A DNA stretch of 48,484 nucleotides from a virus (taxonomy: Duplodnaviria; Caudoviricetes), in the IMG/VR virus record IMGVR_UViG_3300037515_000269, positions 1 through 48,484 of that record. The stretch is one strand, 5' to 3'. Under the pieces are notes generated by a model that saw nothing but the letters and a program-made list of their open reading frames with translations, was not told the origin of the DNA and did not search any database. Each line of letters begins with the position of its first letter. Position 1 is the first letter of the stretch. Below, piece after piece: positions 1 through 7,803 of the stretch. A program made the translations under genes and the position numbers.

Positions 1-200
1 GGAAGCTCGGGGCGCGGGCTGACGACCGGCGCACCGTGCCCTTGTGCCAGCCCTTCGGAGAGGCGGGCCATCATCAGGAAGGCCCGGAGAGCGTCCAGGC
101 GTTGGGCCGGACGCGGTTTCAGCAGGTCCACCGCTACGACATGGACGTCCGGTGCGCGTACTGGCAGGAGCGATGGGACGCGCAGGAGCGCGCGGCGTGA
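1..200 (+). CDS. 3' part of DUF968/Ref-like HNH-type nuclease (variant of 47622-47975)
   Basis: Same frame and near-identical translation to the C-terminal part of 47622-47975 (TVPLC...HH); stop at 198-200. Confidence 0.7.
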   Translation, partial: KLGARADDRRTVPLCQPFGEAGHHQEGPESVQALGRTRFQQVHRYDMDVRCAYWQERWDAQERAA

Positions 201-598
201 GCACGGGCCGGGTGAACCAGGCACGCGGGGAGTCGGAGCGTCAGGCGGTGGCGTCGCTGTTCCGGGCCGCCGGGTTCGTCGTTGTGAATCTTTCCCAGCC
301 GGGCCTCCCTCGTGGGGTGCGTGGCCGGCGCGGGACGTTCCAGACTCCCGGTATCCCGGACCTCCGCGTCTACGATCCCCGGGGCCTGGTGCCGCCGATC
401 TGGGTCGAGGTGAAGTCCGGGGCCGCCAAGCCCACGGCGGCGCAGTACTGGTTTGCCCGGCTTGCGGCCACGAACAACGAGCGGTGGATCGCCGGCGGTG
501 TCGAGCGGGTCAAGGAACACCTCCGCGCGGTGGGGTGCTTGCAGCAGCGGGCCGACGGGGAAGTCCTGGTGCCGCTCCGCGGGACGGCGGTCGCATGA
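197..598 (+). CDS. VRR-NUC / PD-(D/E)xK nuclease, copy 1
   Basis: TPGIPDL...WVEVKS...KPTAAQ motif; GTGA overlap start at 197. Confidence 0.8.
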   Translation: MSTGRVNQARGESERQAVASLFRAAGFVVVNLSQPGLPRGVRGRRGTFQTPGIPDLRVYDPRGLVPPIWVEVKSGAAKPTAAQYWFARLAATNNERWIAGGVERVKEHLRAVGCLQQRADGEVLVPLRGTAVA

Positions 599-816
599 CC
601 GGCGCCGAGCAGGCCGCGCTCGCCCTCCGCCTCGACCAGGCGCTCGCTGCCGCGGGCCTCCGGATTGTGCGGGGCGACGTGCAGCGCGGGAACCTCGTGG
701 GCTGGGAGCCGGTCCCCGCGGTGGCGGTGCTCGGCCGGTTGGCGACGTTCGGCTGGCACGTGGAGGACGTGGCACCCGTGACGGTGCCTGTATTACGCCT
801 GGAGAACCCGACATGA
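595..816 (+). CDS. Hypothetical protein
   Basis: ATGA overlaps on both sides (MTGAEQ...). Confidence 0.65.
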   Translation: MTGAEQAALALRLDQALAAAGLRIVRGDVQRGNLVGWEPVPAVAVLGRLATFGWHVEDVAPVTVPVLRLENPT

Positions 817-1145
817 GACCCATCCCCCCGTGGTCCTGGTTCGTGCAGCCCTCCGGTGGTCCCACGTGGCAGGCGGGGCCCGCGTGGCGCCGATGGCTCG
901 ACACGCAGAAGCGGCGGCCGATCCTCGCGCATCCCGTGGGGGCTGCCATCGTGACGTGGGCCTTCTCGTGGTTCTGGCCGGTGAGTGCGGGCATCGCGGC
1001 GGCCCTGCTGGTGGAAGCCGATCAGCAGTACCACAAGGCGACGCGCGGCGTGTACGGCCCGTGGCTGTGGCGGGAAGTGACATGGCGCTTGGGGTTGGCG
1101 CTGGCCGGCGCCGGGCTCGCGTGGCTTCTCCTGGGGGTGACGTGA
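813..1145 (+). CDS. Hypothetical membrane protein
   Basis: Trp-rich with 2-3 hydrophobic segments; coupled start. Confidence 0.6.
   Translation: MRPIPPWSWFVQPSGGPTWQAGPAWRRWLDTQKRRPILAHPVGAAIVTWAFSWFWPVSAGIAAALLVEADQQYHKATRGVYGPWLWREVTWRLGLALAGAGLAWLLLGVT
1117..1136 (+). repeat. 20-bp direct repeat upstream of MTase 1 (tcgcgtggcttctcctgggg)
   Basis: Exact copy at 1832-1851. Confidence 0.85.
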
Positions 1146-1831
1146 GGCCGTACTACGAGGCGGACGGAATCACCATCTACCACGGGGATTGCCGGGAGGT
1201 GTTGCCGACCTTGGCCCCGGCGGTGGTCGTGAGCGATCCCGATTACGGTACTGGTGGCTGGCGTAGGATGAAACACGGGCAGGGGTCGAATCCTTCCGCC
1301 CGACTTGTACGTGAGGCGTGGGATGTCGGTGCAGTTGATTGGATCGGCCTGACGACAGGTCCTGCCGTACTGGCGTTCTATGCCACGCAAAATGTCCTCC
1401 CGTTTTTGTCGGCGGCCGCGGATCGCGGACTCTCAAAAGTGCGGGCGCTCTACCTCCACAAGCGCGACCCCAAGCCACAGTTTGGCGGAAGGATTGCATG
1501 GAGCGTCGAGCCCATCTGGTGCTGCTCTCAGGACGGGTTTCAGCTATACGGCGGGACCGACTGGTGGGAGGACTCTGCTCCCCGCATGGGCCGGGACGCG
1601 GATGCGACCGGACATCCATACCAAAAGCCGATTGAGGCGATGCAATGGGCAATCGCCAAACTCACCGACGGCATCCCAATCCTCGACCCCTTCATGGGCA
1701 GCGGCACAACGTTGGTGGCCGCCAAGAACCTCGGGCGCAAGGCCATCGGGATTGAGATCGAGGAGCGGTACTGTGAGATCGCGGCCAAGCGGCTCGCGCA
1801 GGGCGTGCTGGATTTCGGCGGTGTGGCATGA
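1142..1831 (+). CDS. DNA methyltransferase, N6A/N4C beta class (MTase 1)
   Basis: IYHGDCREVL, SDPDY (DPPY-like), HPYQKP, LDPFMGSGTT, GIEIEERYC. Confidence 0.9.
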   Translation: MRPYYEADGITIYHGDCREVLPTLAPAVVVSDPDYGTGGWRRMKHGQGSNPSARLVREAWDVGAVDWIGLTTGPAVLAFYATQNVLPFLSAAADRGLSKVRALYLHKRDPKPQFGGRIAWSVEPIWCCSQDGFQLYGGTDWWEDSAPRMGRDADATGHPYQKPIEAMQWAIAKLTDGIPILDPFMGSGTTLVAAKNLGRKAIGIEIEERYCEIAAKRLAQGVLDFGGVA

Positions 1832-1851
1832 TCGCGTGGCTTCTCCTGGGG
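1832..1851 (+). repeat. 20-bp direct repeat downstream of MTase 1
   Basis: Exact copy at 1117-1136. Confidence 0.85.
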
Positions 1852-1863
1852 AGGGTGTGACCG

Positions 1864-2094
1864 ATGATCTGCGGGATGTGCGGGCGGGAGCATGGCGGCT
1901 CTACGGCCTGTCCCCCGGTGGTTTTCACGCCACAGCGGGTGCCGTTCACCTGTCCGGCGTGCTCGGGATCATGCAAGGTGAGCCGGCCGCCGTGGATCGC
2001 GGGGGATATCCCAACGTGGCCCGACGACGGGAGCGGGACATTGCATCCCTGTCAAGCCTGCGGCGGCACGGGGATCGTCTGGGGGCCTTCGTGA
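1864..2094 (+). CDS. Small DnaJ-type zinc-finger protein
   Basis: CPACSGS and CQACGGTG motifs plus N-terminal CxxC. Confidence 0.6.
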   Translation: MICGMCGREHGGSTACPPVVFTPQRVPFTCPACSGSCKVSRPPWIAGDIPTWPDDGSGTLHPCQACGGTGIVWGPS

Positions 2095-2119
2095 TCGGGC
2101 TCGCGTGGTGGGTGCTGCC

Positions 2120-2239
2120 GTGACCGCGCCTCCCGTGACCGCCTGTCCCCGCAGTCCCACGGGCCAGCATCTGCCCACAGTCGTGGAGCAGGACGGGGAC
2201 TACCGCCGCGAATGTGTCTACTGCAAGGAGGAGCTGTGA
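2120..2239 (+). CDS. 39-aa Cys/His protein (not in ORF track)
   Basis: MTAPPVTACPRSPTGQH...ECVYCKEEL; GTGA overlaps at both ends. Confidence 0.5.
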   Translation: MTAPPVTACPRSPTGQHLPTVVEQDGDYRRECVYCKEEL

Positions 2240-2406
2240 AACGCTACTGGTGGCTCGGCCTGATCGCGCTCGCGGGTTGTGCGGACGCGACCGCCCCGGA
2301 GTGCCCGGTCCAGGTGACGCAGACGGTTGCGGGCGACCCGGCCTATCGGGTGGACAGCCTGACCGTGGGGACCGGGATGTGCGTGACGACCTGGCGGATG
2401 CCGTGA
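2236..2406 (+). CDS. Small lipoprotein (paralog of 33990-34151)
   Basis: SD aaggaggag; KR then hydrophobic stretch and LAGC lipobox. Confidence 0.65.
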   Translation: MKRYWWLGLIALAGCADATAPECPVQVTQTVAGDPAYRVDSLTVGTGMCVTTWRMP

Positions 2407-3398
2407 GTACCAGCCCGCTCACGAACCGCAACATCCTCATCACCGGGGGGACCGGGTCGTTCGGGCGGGCCTTCGTGCAGCGCGCCCTCGAGGTGGGGGC
2501 GCGGCGTGTCGTGGTCTTCTCACGAGACGAGCTCAAGCAATCCGACCTGCGTGCCAGTATGCCCGATGTCCGACTCCGGTTCATGCTGGGCTCGGTCACC
2601 GAGCCGGGCCGGCTCGCGCGGGCCATGCGCGGGGTGGAGTTCGTGGTGCACGCGGCGGCCATGAAACATGTCCCCGCCTGCGAGGATAATCCGTGGGAGG
2701 CCGTGGCCACCAACGTCCTGGGGACGCAATACGTGGCGGCCGCGGCGCTCGAGGCCGGGGTGGAACGCGGGATCTTCCTGTCCACGGACAAGGCGGCCGG
2801 GCCGAACACGCTCTACGGGGCGACGAAGCTCACGGCGGAGCGGATCTGGATTCAGGCCAACGTCTACGCGGCGGGCACCCGGACCCGGTTTGCCGCGACC
2901 CGGTACGGCAACGTCCTGGGATCGCGCGGCTCCGTCGTGCCGGTCTTCCGGGCCCAACAGGCCGCCGGTCGCCTCACGATGACCGACCCCACGATGACGC
3001 GCTTCTGGATGGCGCTGTCGGAGGCGGTGGCGCTGGTGGAGCGCGCCTTCACGGAGAGTCGCGGCGGGGAAATCTTCATTCCGAAGGTGCCGGCGTGTGA
3101 CATCCGGACTGTGGCCGAGGCCGTGGCCCCCGGGGTTCCGTGGGACCTCGTGGGGATCCGCCCCGGCGAGAAGGCCCATGAAACCCTGATCACGGCAGAC
3201 GAGGCGCGAGCGTGTTACGACTGTGGGACGCACTATGTGCTCGAGCCCGTACGCTCGTGGGAATGGCTGCCGCCGCGCCCCGAGCCACCGGTGCCGGCGG
3301 GGTTCGAGTACCGCTCCGACACCAACCCCGACCAGTTCACCGTCGCGCGGCTGCGCGAGCTACTCGCGGGCGGGCACGCCGCCCAGGAGGCTGCATGA
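2403..3398 (+). CDS. pseB: UDP-N-acetylglucosamine 4,6-dehydratase (PseB/FlaA1 family)
   Basis: ILITGGTGSFG, FSRDELKQ, HAAAMKHVP, LSTDKA, YGATK, RYGNVLGSRGSVVP, MTRFW, GIRPGEK. Confidence 0.9.
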   Translation: MSTSPLTNRNILITGGTGSFGRAFVQRALEVGARRVVVFSRDELKQSDLRASMPDVRLRFMLGSVTEPGRLARAMRGVEFVVHAAAMKHVPACEDNPWEAVATNVLGTQYVAAAALEAGVERGIFLSTDKAAGPNTLYGATKLTAERIWIQANVYAAGTRTRFAATRYGNVLGSRGSVVPVFRAQQAAGRLTMTDPTMTRFWMALSEAVALVERAFTESRGGEIFIPKVPACDIRTVAEAVAPGVPWDLVGIRPGEKAHETLITADEARACYDCGTHYVLEPVRSWEWLPPRPEPPVPAGFEYRSDTNPDQFTVARLRELLAGGHAAQEAA

Positions 3399-4150
3399 AG
3401 ATCGGTTCCGTCGTGATCGGTCCGGCGCTCCCCTGTCGCGTCGTGGCCGAGCTGAGCAACGCGCACAACGGCGACTACGACCGCGCGCGCCGACTCTGTG
3501 ATGCTGTCCAGGCCAGTGGTGCCGACCTGATCAAGTTCCAGTGCTACCTCGCCGAGGAACTGGTGGCGCTCCGCGGGAACGGTCCTGCGCCGGAGCCCTG
3601 GGGGGCGCAGGGGTGGGCGATGGAGCGGCTGTACCGACAGGCCCAGACGCCCCTCGCGTGGTTCATGCGGCTCGTAGCGCACTGTGATGAGATCGGCCTG
3701 CCCTGGTTCTCGTCGGTGTTCGGGCAGGGGAGTTATACCCTCCTCGAGGCGCTGGGGTGCCCGGCCTACAAGATCGCGAGCCTCGAATACGGGAAGCGCG
3801 GGCTTGTCGACTTGGTCCGGAAGGCTGGGAAGCCGATCCTCCGAAGCTGCCCCCATCCCACGGCGCCGAAGACGGACGATGTGATGCTCTACTGCCCGCC
3901 CGGCTATCCCCAGGCGGGGTTCGATGTGCGGACCGTCCAGCGCGGCTACGAGGGCTTTTCGTACCACGGCCGCGATCCCGTGGTGCCCCTCCTGGCCGCG
4001 GCCTTCGGGGCGCAGTTCGTCGAGGTGCACGTGGAGCTGGACGACGAGCCGTCGGCGCTGGAGTCCGCGTGCTGCTTGCCCATCACGGCGCTGGCCAGCC
4101 TCGTGGCCGGGGTCCAGCGCGCCGCGGAGGTCTGTCGTGACGCCGCGTGA
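3395..4150 (+). CDS. Nonulosonic acid synthase (NeuB/PseI family), no C-terminal SAF domain
   Basis: AELSNAHNGD, GADLIKFQ, YKIASLE, GFSYH, EVH; 251 aa. Confidence 0.85.
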   Translation: MKIGSVVIGPALPCRVVAELSNAHNGDYDRARRLCDAVQASGADLIKFQCYLAEELVALRGNGPAPEPWGAQGWAMERLYRQAQTPLAWFMRLVAHCDEIGLPWFSSVFGQGSYTLLEALGCPAYKIASLEYGKRGLVDLVRKAGKPILRSCPHPTAPKTDDVMLYCPPGYPQAGFDVRTVQRGYEGFSYHGRDPVVPLLAAAFGAQFVEVHVELDDEPSALESACCLPITALASLVAGVQRAAEVCRDAA

Positions 4151-4727
4151 TCGGTTCCTCGCGGTCCTCGGTGCCGGCCCGCTCCTGCGCGGGGACGCGA
4201 TCGTGGTCCTGGCGGGGGAAGATGCCGAACCGCGACTGGCGGTGGCGGCGGAGCTGCTCCGGACCGGCGGCGCGCCCCGCATCATCATCACCGGTGGGAA
4301 GCACGAGCCCCCCCGGTGGATGGGGGCGGAGGCGCTCCGGGTGAAGCTGTACGCTCTTGGGGTCGCGCCGGACCGTGTGCTACTGGAATCGGCGTCGCAG
4401 CATACTGCCGAGCAGGCCCGTGCCGTAGTCGCGTTGGCCTCTGAGCACGGATGGGGCCGGCTCCTCCTGGTGGCGTCGGCCTATCACCTCCCACGGGCCT
4501 TCCTGACGTTTGTGCGGGCGCTCCAGGATGCCGGCGGGTTGATCAGGGTGCAGCTCATTCCCGTAGCAGCCGCGCATACGCCGTGGTGGGGCGCGCCGGC
4601 CGGGATGACGGAGACGCGCCTCGCATTGTACGAGCGCGAACTGGCGAAGATCGAGGCGTACGCGGATGACGTCGCGACGTACGAGGACGGGCTGGCCTAC
4701 TTGGAGTACTGGGAGAGCGGACGATGA
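4137..4727 (+). CDS. YdcF/ElyC/SanA (DUF218) family protein
   Basis: DAIVVLAG, IIITGG, LGVAPDRVLLESASQHTAEQA, LVASAYHLPRA; SD ggagg. Confidence 0.85.
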   Translation: MTPRDRFLAVLGAGPLLRGDAIVVLAGEDAEPRLAVAAELLRTGGAPRIIITGGKHEPPRWMGAEALRVKLYALGVAPDRVLLESASQHTAEQARAVVALASEHGWGRLLLVASAYHLPRAFLTFVRALQDAGGLIRVQLIPVAAAHTPWWGAPAGMTETRLALYERELAKIEAYADDVATYEDGLAYLEYWESGR

Positions 4728-5098
4728 CGCTCCGGGAACTTCGGGCCGCCCACCCGCACCTATTCCATCCGAATCAGGACTGGTTCGAGGACGAGGCGTT
4801 CATGGATGTCCCCTGCTTGGCGGTGAAGGGACCACCGACGCGGGTGGCGCGGGAACACGACGTGATGGGCCGATCCCTGCCCCCCCACCCAAGTACGCCC
4901 TCGGTGCCAGCTGCCACCCTGGCGCGCGCCTACGTCGAGGCGCCTGAACTTCTCGTCTGGCGGGACTACCTCTGGACGAGTGACACGGACCGGCAGGGAC
5001 AGCGGGTCTACGTCGGCGGCACCGCGAACGGCAAGGGGTTCGAGATTCACCGGCACCTGCACCTCACTGCACGATGGGGGATCCCCGTATGGACCTGA
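4724..5098 (+). CDS. Hypothetical protein within sugar cluster
   Basis: ATGA-coupled 124-aa ORF; no recognised motif. Confidence 0.65.
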   Translation: MTLRELRAAHPHLFHPNQDWFEDEAFMDVPCLAVKGPPTRVAREHDVMGRSLPPHPSTPSVPAATLARAYVEAPELLVWRDYLWTSDTDRQGQRVYVGGTANGKGFEIHRHLHLTARWGIPVWT

Positions 5099-5373
5099 AG
5101 CCTGTCTACGACCAGATCATCATCGAGCGGATCGAGGACACGGACCGCCCGATCTACATGCCGAACCCAGATCGCACCGGCCCGAAGCTCGCCACAGTGC
5201 TCGCGGTGGGGCCCGGCCGGCCGAGCGAGTATAGCGGGACCATGCTGCCACCGCCGCCCTGTCAGGTGGGGGATACGATCCTGTTCCATGGGGGCGCCGG
5301 CACGATGGTCCGGCACGAGGGGAAAGACGTCTGGTTCATTCGCCCGAGTGATGTGATGGCGGTGGTTGGGTGA
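5089..5373 (+). CDS. groES: Co-chaperonin GroES family protein
   Basis: LKPVYDQIII, VLAVGPG, VGDTILF, DVMAVV; 94 aa. Confidence 0.85.
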   Translation: MDLKPVYDQIIIERIEDTDRPIYMPNPDRTGPKLATVLAVGPGRPSEYSGTMLPPPPCQVGDTILFHGGAGTMVRHEGKDVWFIRPSDVMAVVG

Positions 5374-6062
5374 GCGTCCTCGCGATCATCCAGGCCCGGG
5401 TCGGTGCCTCTCGGCTCCGCGGGAAGACGCTGCTCGATCTCTGCGGTGAGCCCGTCATCGCCCACGTGATTCGGCGGGTCCGGGCCGCGGAAGCAGTCCA
5501 GGATGTCATGCTCGCGATCCCCGAAACCCCCGAGAACGACTCCCTGGCCGCCATCGGCGCAACGGAAGGCGTGCAGGTCTTCCGCGGGCCGGAAGACGAT
5601 GTGCTCACCCGGTACTTCCGGGCGGCCCAGCTCGCCCCGGAGGCCGAAGTCCTCGTCCGGATCACCGGGGAGGACGTGTTCAAGGACCCGGCGCTGATTG
5701 ACTACGCGGTGACCGGGTTCCTGGTGGAGTGGGCCGAACCACGAGCTGACGGGACCCCGTCGCCCCACTACCTCCACCTCGGAGGCGAGACCTGGCCGCT
5801 CGGCTGCGACGTCGAGGTCTTCACCCGGGAGGCATTGGCGACGGCCCACCGGGGCGCAGTCACCGCCGACGATCGGGAACACGTCACCCCCTGGATGCGC
5901 CGGGAACTCGGGGTCTGGGTGCTCAAGAACGGGACGCCCCATCCGGGCCGGTGGACGCTGGACACGCACGAGGACTGGGCGTTCGTGCAGGAGGTCTACG
6001 GGAAGCTGTACGCCACCGACCCGCTGTTCGGGTATGAGGCCATGATCAAGGCGGGATACTGA
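5370..6062 (+). CDS. SpsF-like cytidylyltransferase (putative CMP-nonulosonate synthetase)
   Basis: AIIQARVGASRLRGK, FRGPEDDVLTRY, VRITGE, PLGCDVEVF, REHVTP, RWTLDTHED. Confidence 0.88.
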   Translation: MSVLAIIQARVGASRLRGKTLLDLCGEPVIAHVIRRVRAAEAVQDVMLAIPETPENDSLAAIGATEGVQVFRGPEDDVLTRYFRAAQLAPEAEVLVRITGEDVFKDPALIDYAVTGFLVEWAEPRADGTPSPHYLHLGGETWPLGCDVEVFTREALATAHRGAVTADDREHVTPWMRRELGVWVLKNGTPHPGRWTLDTHEDWAFVQEVYGKLYATDPLFGYEAMIKAGY

Positions 6063-6063
6063 C

Positions 6064-6546
6064 ATGATCACCAAGCCTGTCATCGTGACGGGGTGTGGAC
6101 GGAGCGGGACGCACTGGCTCGGTCACATCATGGAGGGTGTCTTGGGGCCGGAGGCGGCGACCCACGAGCCCACCTACTACGCCTCGGTCACGGATGTCGC
6201 AGTAGATGCGCGGTTGCGGTTCAAGGTGGATGCGCTGCGGCGGGACGGCCACCGAATCGTTCACCTGGTCCGTGATGGTCGTGATGTGGCGCGATCCCTT
6301 CACCAGTGGCACTCGACGCACGGCCGTGGTGAGACCTTCGCCATCTGCTGCCACCAGTGGGCCGAAGCGGTAGACATCATGGCCGGGTTCCCGGTCCTGC
6401 GGCTCGAGGACCTACTCCTGCCACGGGATCCGTCCCGTCAGCACACCCTGCCCCGCTGGACGGAGTGGGACGAGGCCACGACAGCCACCTTTTGGGGCAT
6501 CTGCGACCGGCAGATGCGGGAGATGGGGTACAGTGAAGAACGGTGA
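6064..6546 (+). CDS. Short sulfotransferase-family protein
   Basis: VTGCGRSGTHWL (5'-PSB loop-like) and HLVRDGRDVARS (3'-PB-like). Confidence 0.75.
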   Translation: MITKPVIVTGCGRSGTHWLGHIMEGVLGPEAATHEPTYYASVTDVAVDARLRFKVDALRRDGHRIVHLVRDGRDVARSLHQWHSTHGRGETFAICCHQWAEAVDIMAGFPVLRLEDLLLPRDPSRQHTLPRWTEWDEATTATFWGICDRQMREMGYSEER

Positions 6547-7555
6547 AACAGTGGCGGCGTTCGAGCGCGAATTCGCGGCCTATGTCGGTGCCCGGTACGC
6601 GATTGCGCTCTGCAACGGAACGGCGACGCTGCACACGGCGCTCGTTGCCATGGGTGTCCAGCCGGGGGACCGGGTTGCCGTGCCACCGCTCACCATGAGC
6701 GCCACGGCCATCGCCGTCCTGCACGCGGGCGGCGTCCCGGTATTCGTGGACGTGGACCCGGACACCTGGCTGATGGCCGAGCCGCCGATTCTGGACGAGC
6801 ATGGCGCCGGGCCCGTGCGATGGAAGGGGGTTCCGGTTTCCCTGTACGGGCTCCACTACGGCCGACTCTGGCCTGGGTACGTGGAGGATGCCGCGCAAAC
6901 CCTTCGACCGCACGGCGACGCGGCTTTCACGTCCTACAGCTTCCAGGCCAGTAAGATCCTCGCCCTCGGGGAAGGCGGGATGCTCGCCACCAACGATGAA
7001 GTGTTGGCCACTCGTGCCCGCGAGTTCAGTAGCCTCGGCTACCGGATGCAGGCCGACCAACCCCGGATCGATCCCGCTGTTCTCAAGCACTCTAACTTTG
7101 CGCGGCATCACGGGTTGGGCTACAATTACCGCATGAGCGATCTCGTCGCGGCTGAGGGCCTGCGGCGACTCGCGCACGCCGACGAGCTGCTCCTCGAGCG
7201 CCGCACCGCGGCGTCCTCCTACCGGGACGCCATCGCCGGGTGTGCCTGGCTCACCCCCCAACACGTGCCCGATGGCTGGGCGCACGACTACTGGACGTAC
7301 GCCGTGGCGGTGGATACGCCGGCCCGGTGGTCCCCGTTCGTGGACGCGATTGTTCGTCATGGCGGAGAACGACCGTACGCCGCCTGGCGCCTGACCTACC
7401 AGGAGCCCGCGTTCCGGCACCTGGCTCCGGACGGGACCTGTCCTGTGGCCGAGGACCTCCAGCCTCGGCTCGTCCAGTTCCAGACCAACCGGCTCCCCGC
7501 GGCAGAGCGCAACGCGGCGGCGGTCCGGGCGGCGATCCAGGAGTTGGGCAGATGA
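6533..7555 (+). CDS. DegT/DnrJ/EryC1/StrS PLP aminotransferase (PseC-like)
   Basis: FEREFAAYVG, NGTATLH, EDAAQ, SFQASKILALGEGGM, GYNYRMSD. Confidence 0.9.
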   Translation: MKNGETVAAFEREFAAYVGARYAIALCNGTATLHTALVAMGVQPGDRVAVPPLTMSATAIAVLHAGGVPVFVDVDPDTWLMAEPPILDEHGAGPVRWKGVPVSLYGLHYGRLWPGYVEDAAQTLRPHGDAAFTSYSFQASKILALGEGGMLATNDEVLATRAREFSSLGYRMQADQPRIDPAVLKHSNFARHHGLGYNYRMSDLVAAEGLRRLAHADELLLERRTAASSYRDAIAGCAWLTPQHVPDGWAHDYWTYAVAVDTPARWSPFVDAIVRHGGERPYAAWRLTYQEPAFRHLAPDGTCPVAEDLQPRLVQFQTNRLPAAERNAAAVRAAIQELGR

Positions 7556-7803
7556 CGGCCGCCCGGAAACCCGAGCCCGACTTCCGGGCCCACGGCCGGG
7601 TGGCCCTCTGCACCGTCACCGTGACGGCGGTGGCGGTCTATACCGATGCCCGCTGTCCGGGATGCCATCGGCTGATCATGGCCATCCCGGGGCTCGTCAC
7701 GCTCGAGGTCCGGCGTGTGGCGACCACGACCGACCGGAGTGGCCGCGGGCGGGTGGTGACCTGTAAACGATGCGGCCTGTGCGAGGTGATCGAGCATGAC
7801 TGA
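7552..7803 (+). CDS. Zinc-finger protein (Mu Com-like spacing)
   Basis: RCPGCHRLI...TCKRCG. Confidence 0.5.
   Translation: MTAARKPEPDFRAHGRVALCTVTVTAVAVYTDARCPGCHRLIMAIPGLVTLEVRRVATTTDRSGRGRVVTCKRCGLCEVIEHD

Larger units (their letters stand above)
1..709 (+). repeat. Terminal direct repeat, copy 1 (imperfect)
   Basis: Aligns without gaps to 47776-48484; identical at 1-94 and 596-709, with mostly third-codon-position substitutions between. Confidence 0.95.

Noticed and set aside
95-595. Diverged terminal copies as a DGR template/variable repeat pair
   Set aside because: Differences are mostly synonymous and not adenine-specific, and no reverse transcriptase is present.
2403-7555. Sugar cluster as host chromosome flank or DNA hypermodification pathway
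   Set aside because: It overlaps phage genes at both ends and lies inside the terminal repeats. I recognised no base-hydroxymethylase, DNA glycosyltransferase or phage polymerase. DNA modification is not strictly excluded.
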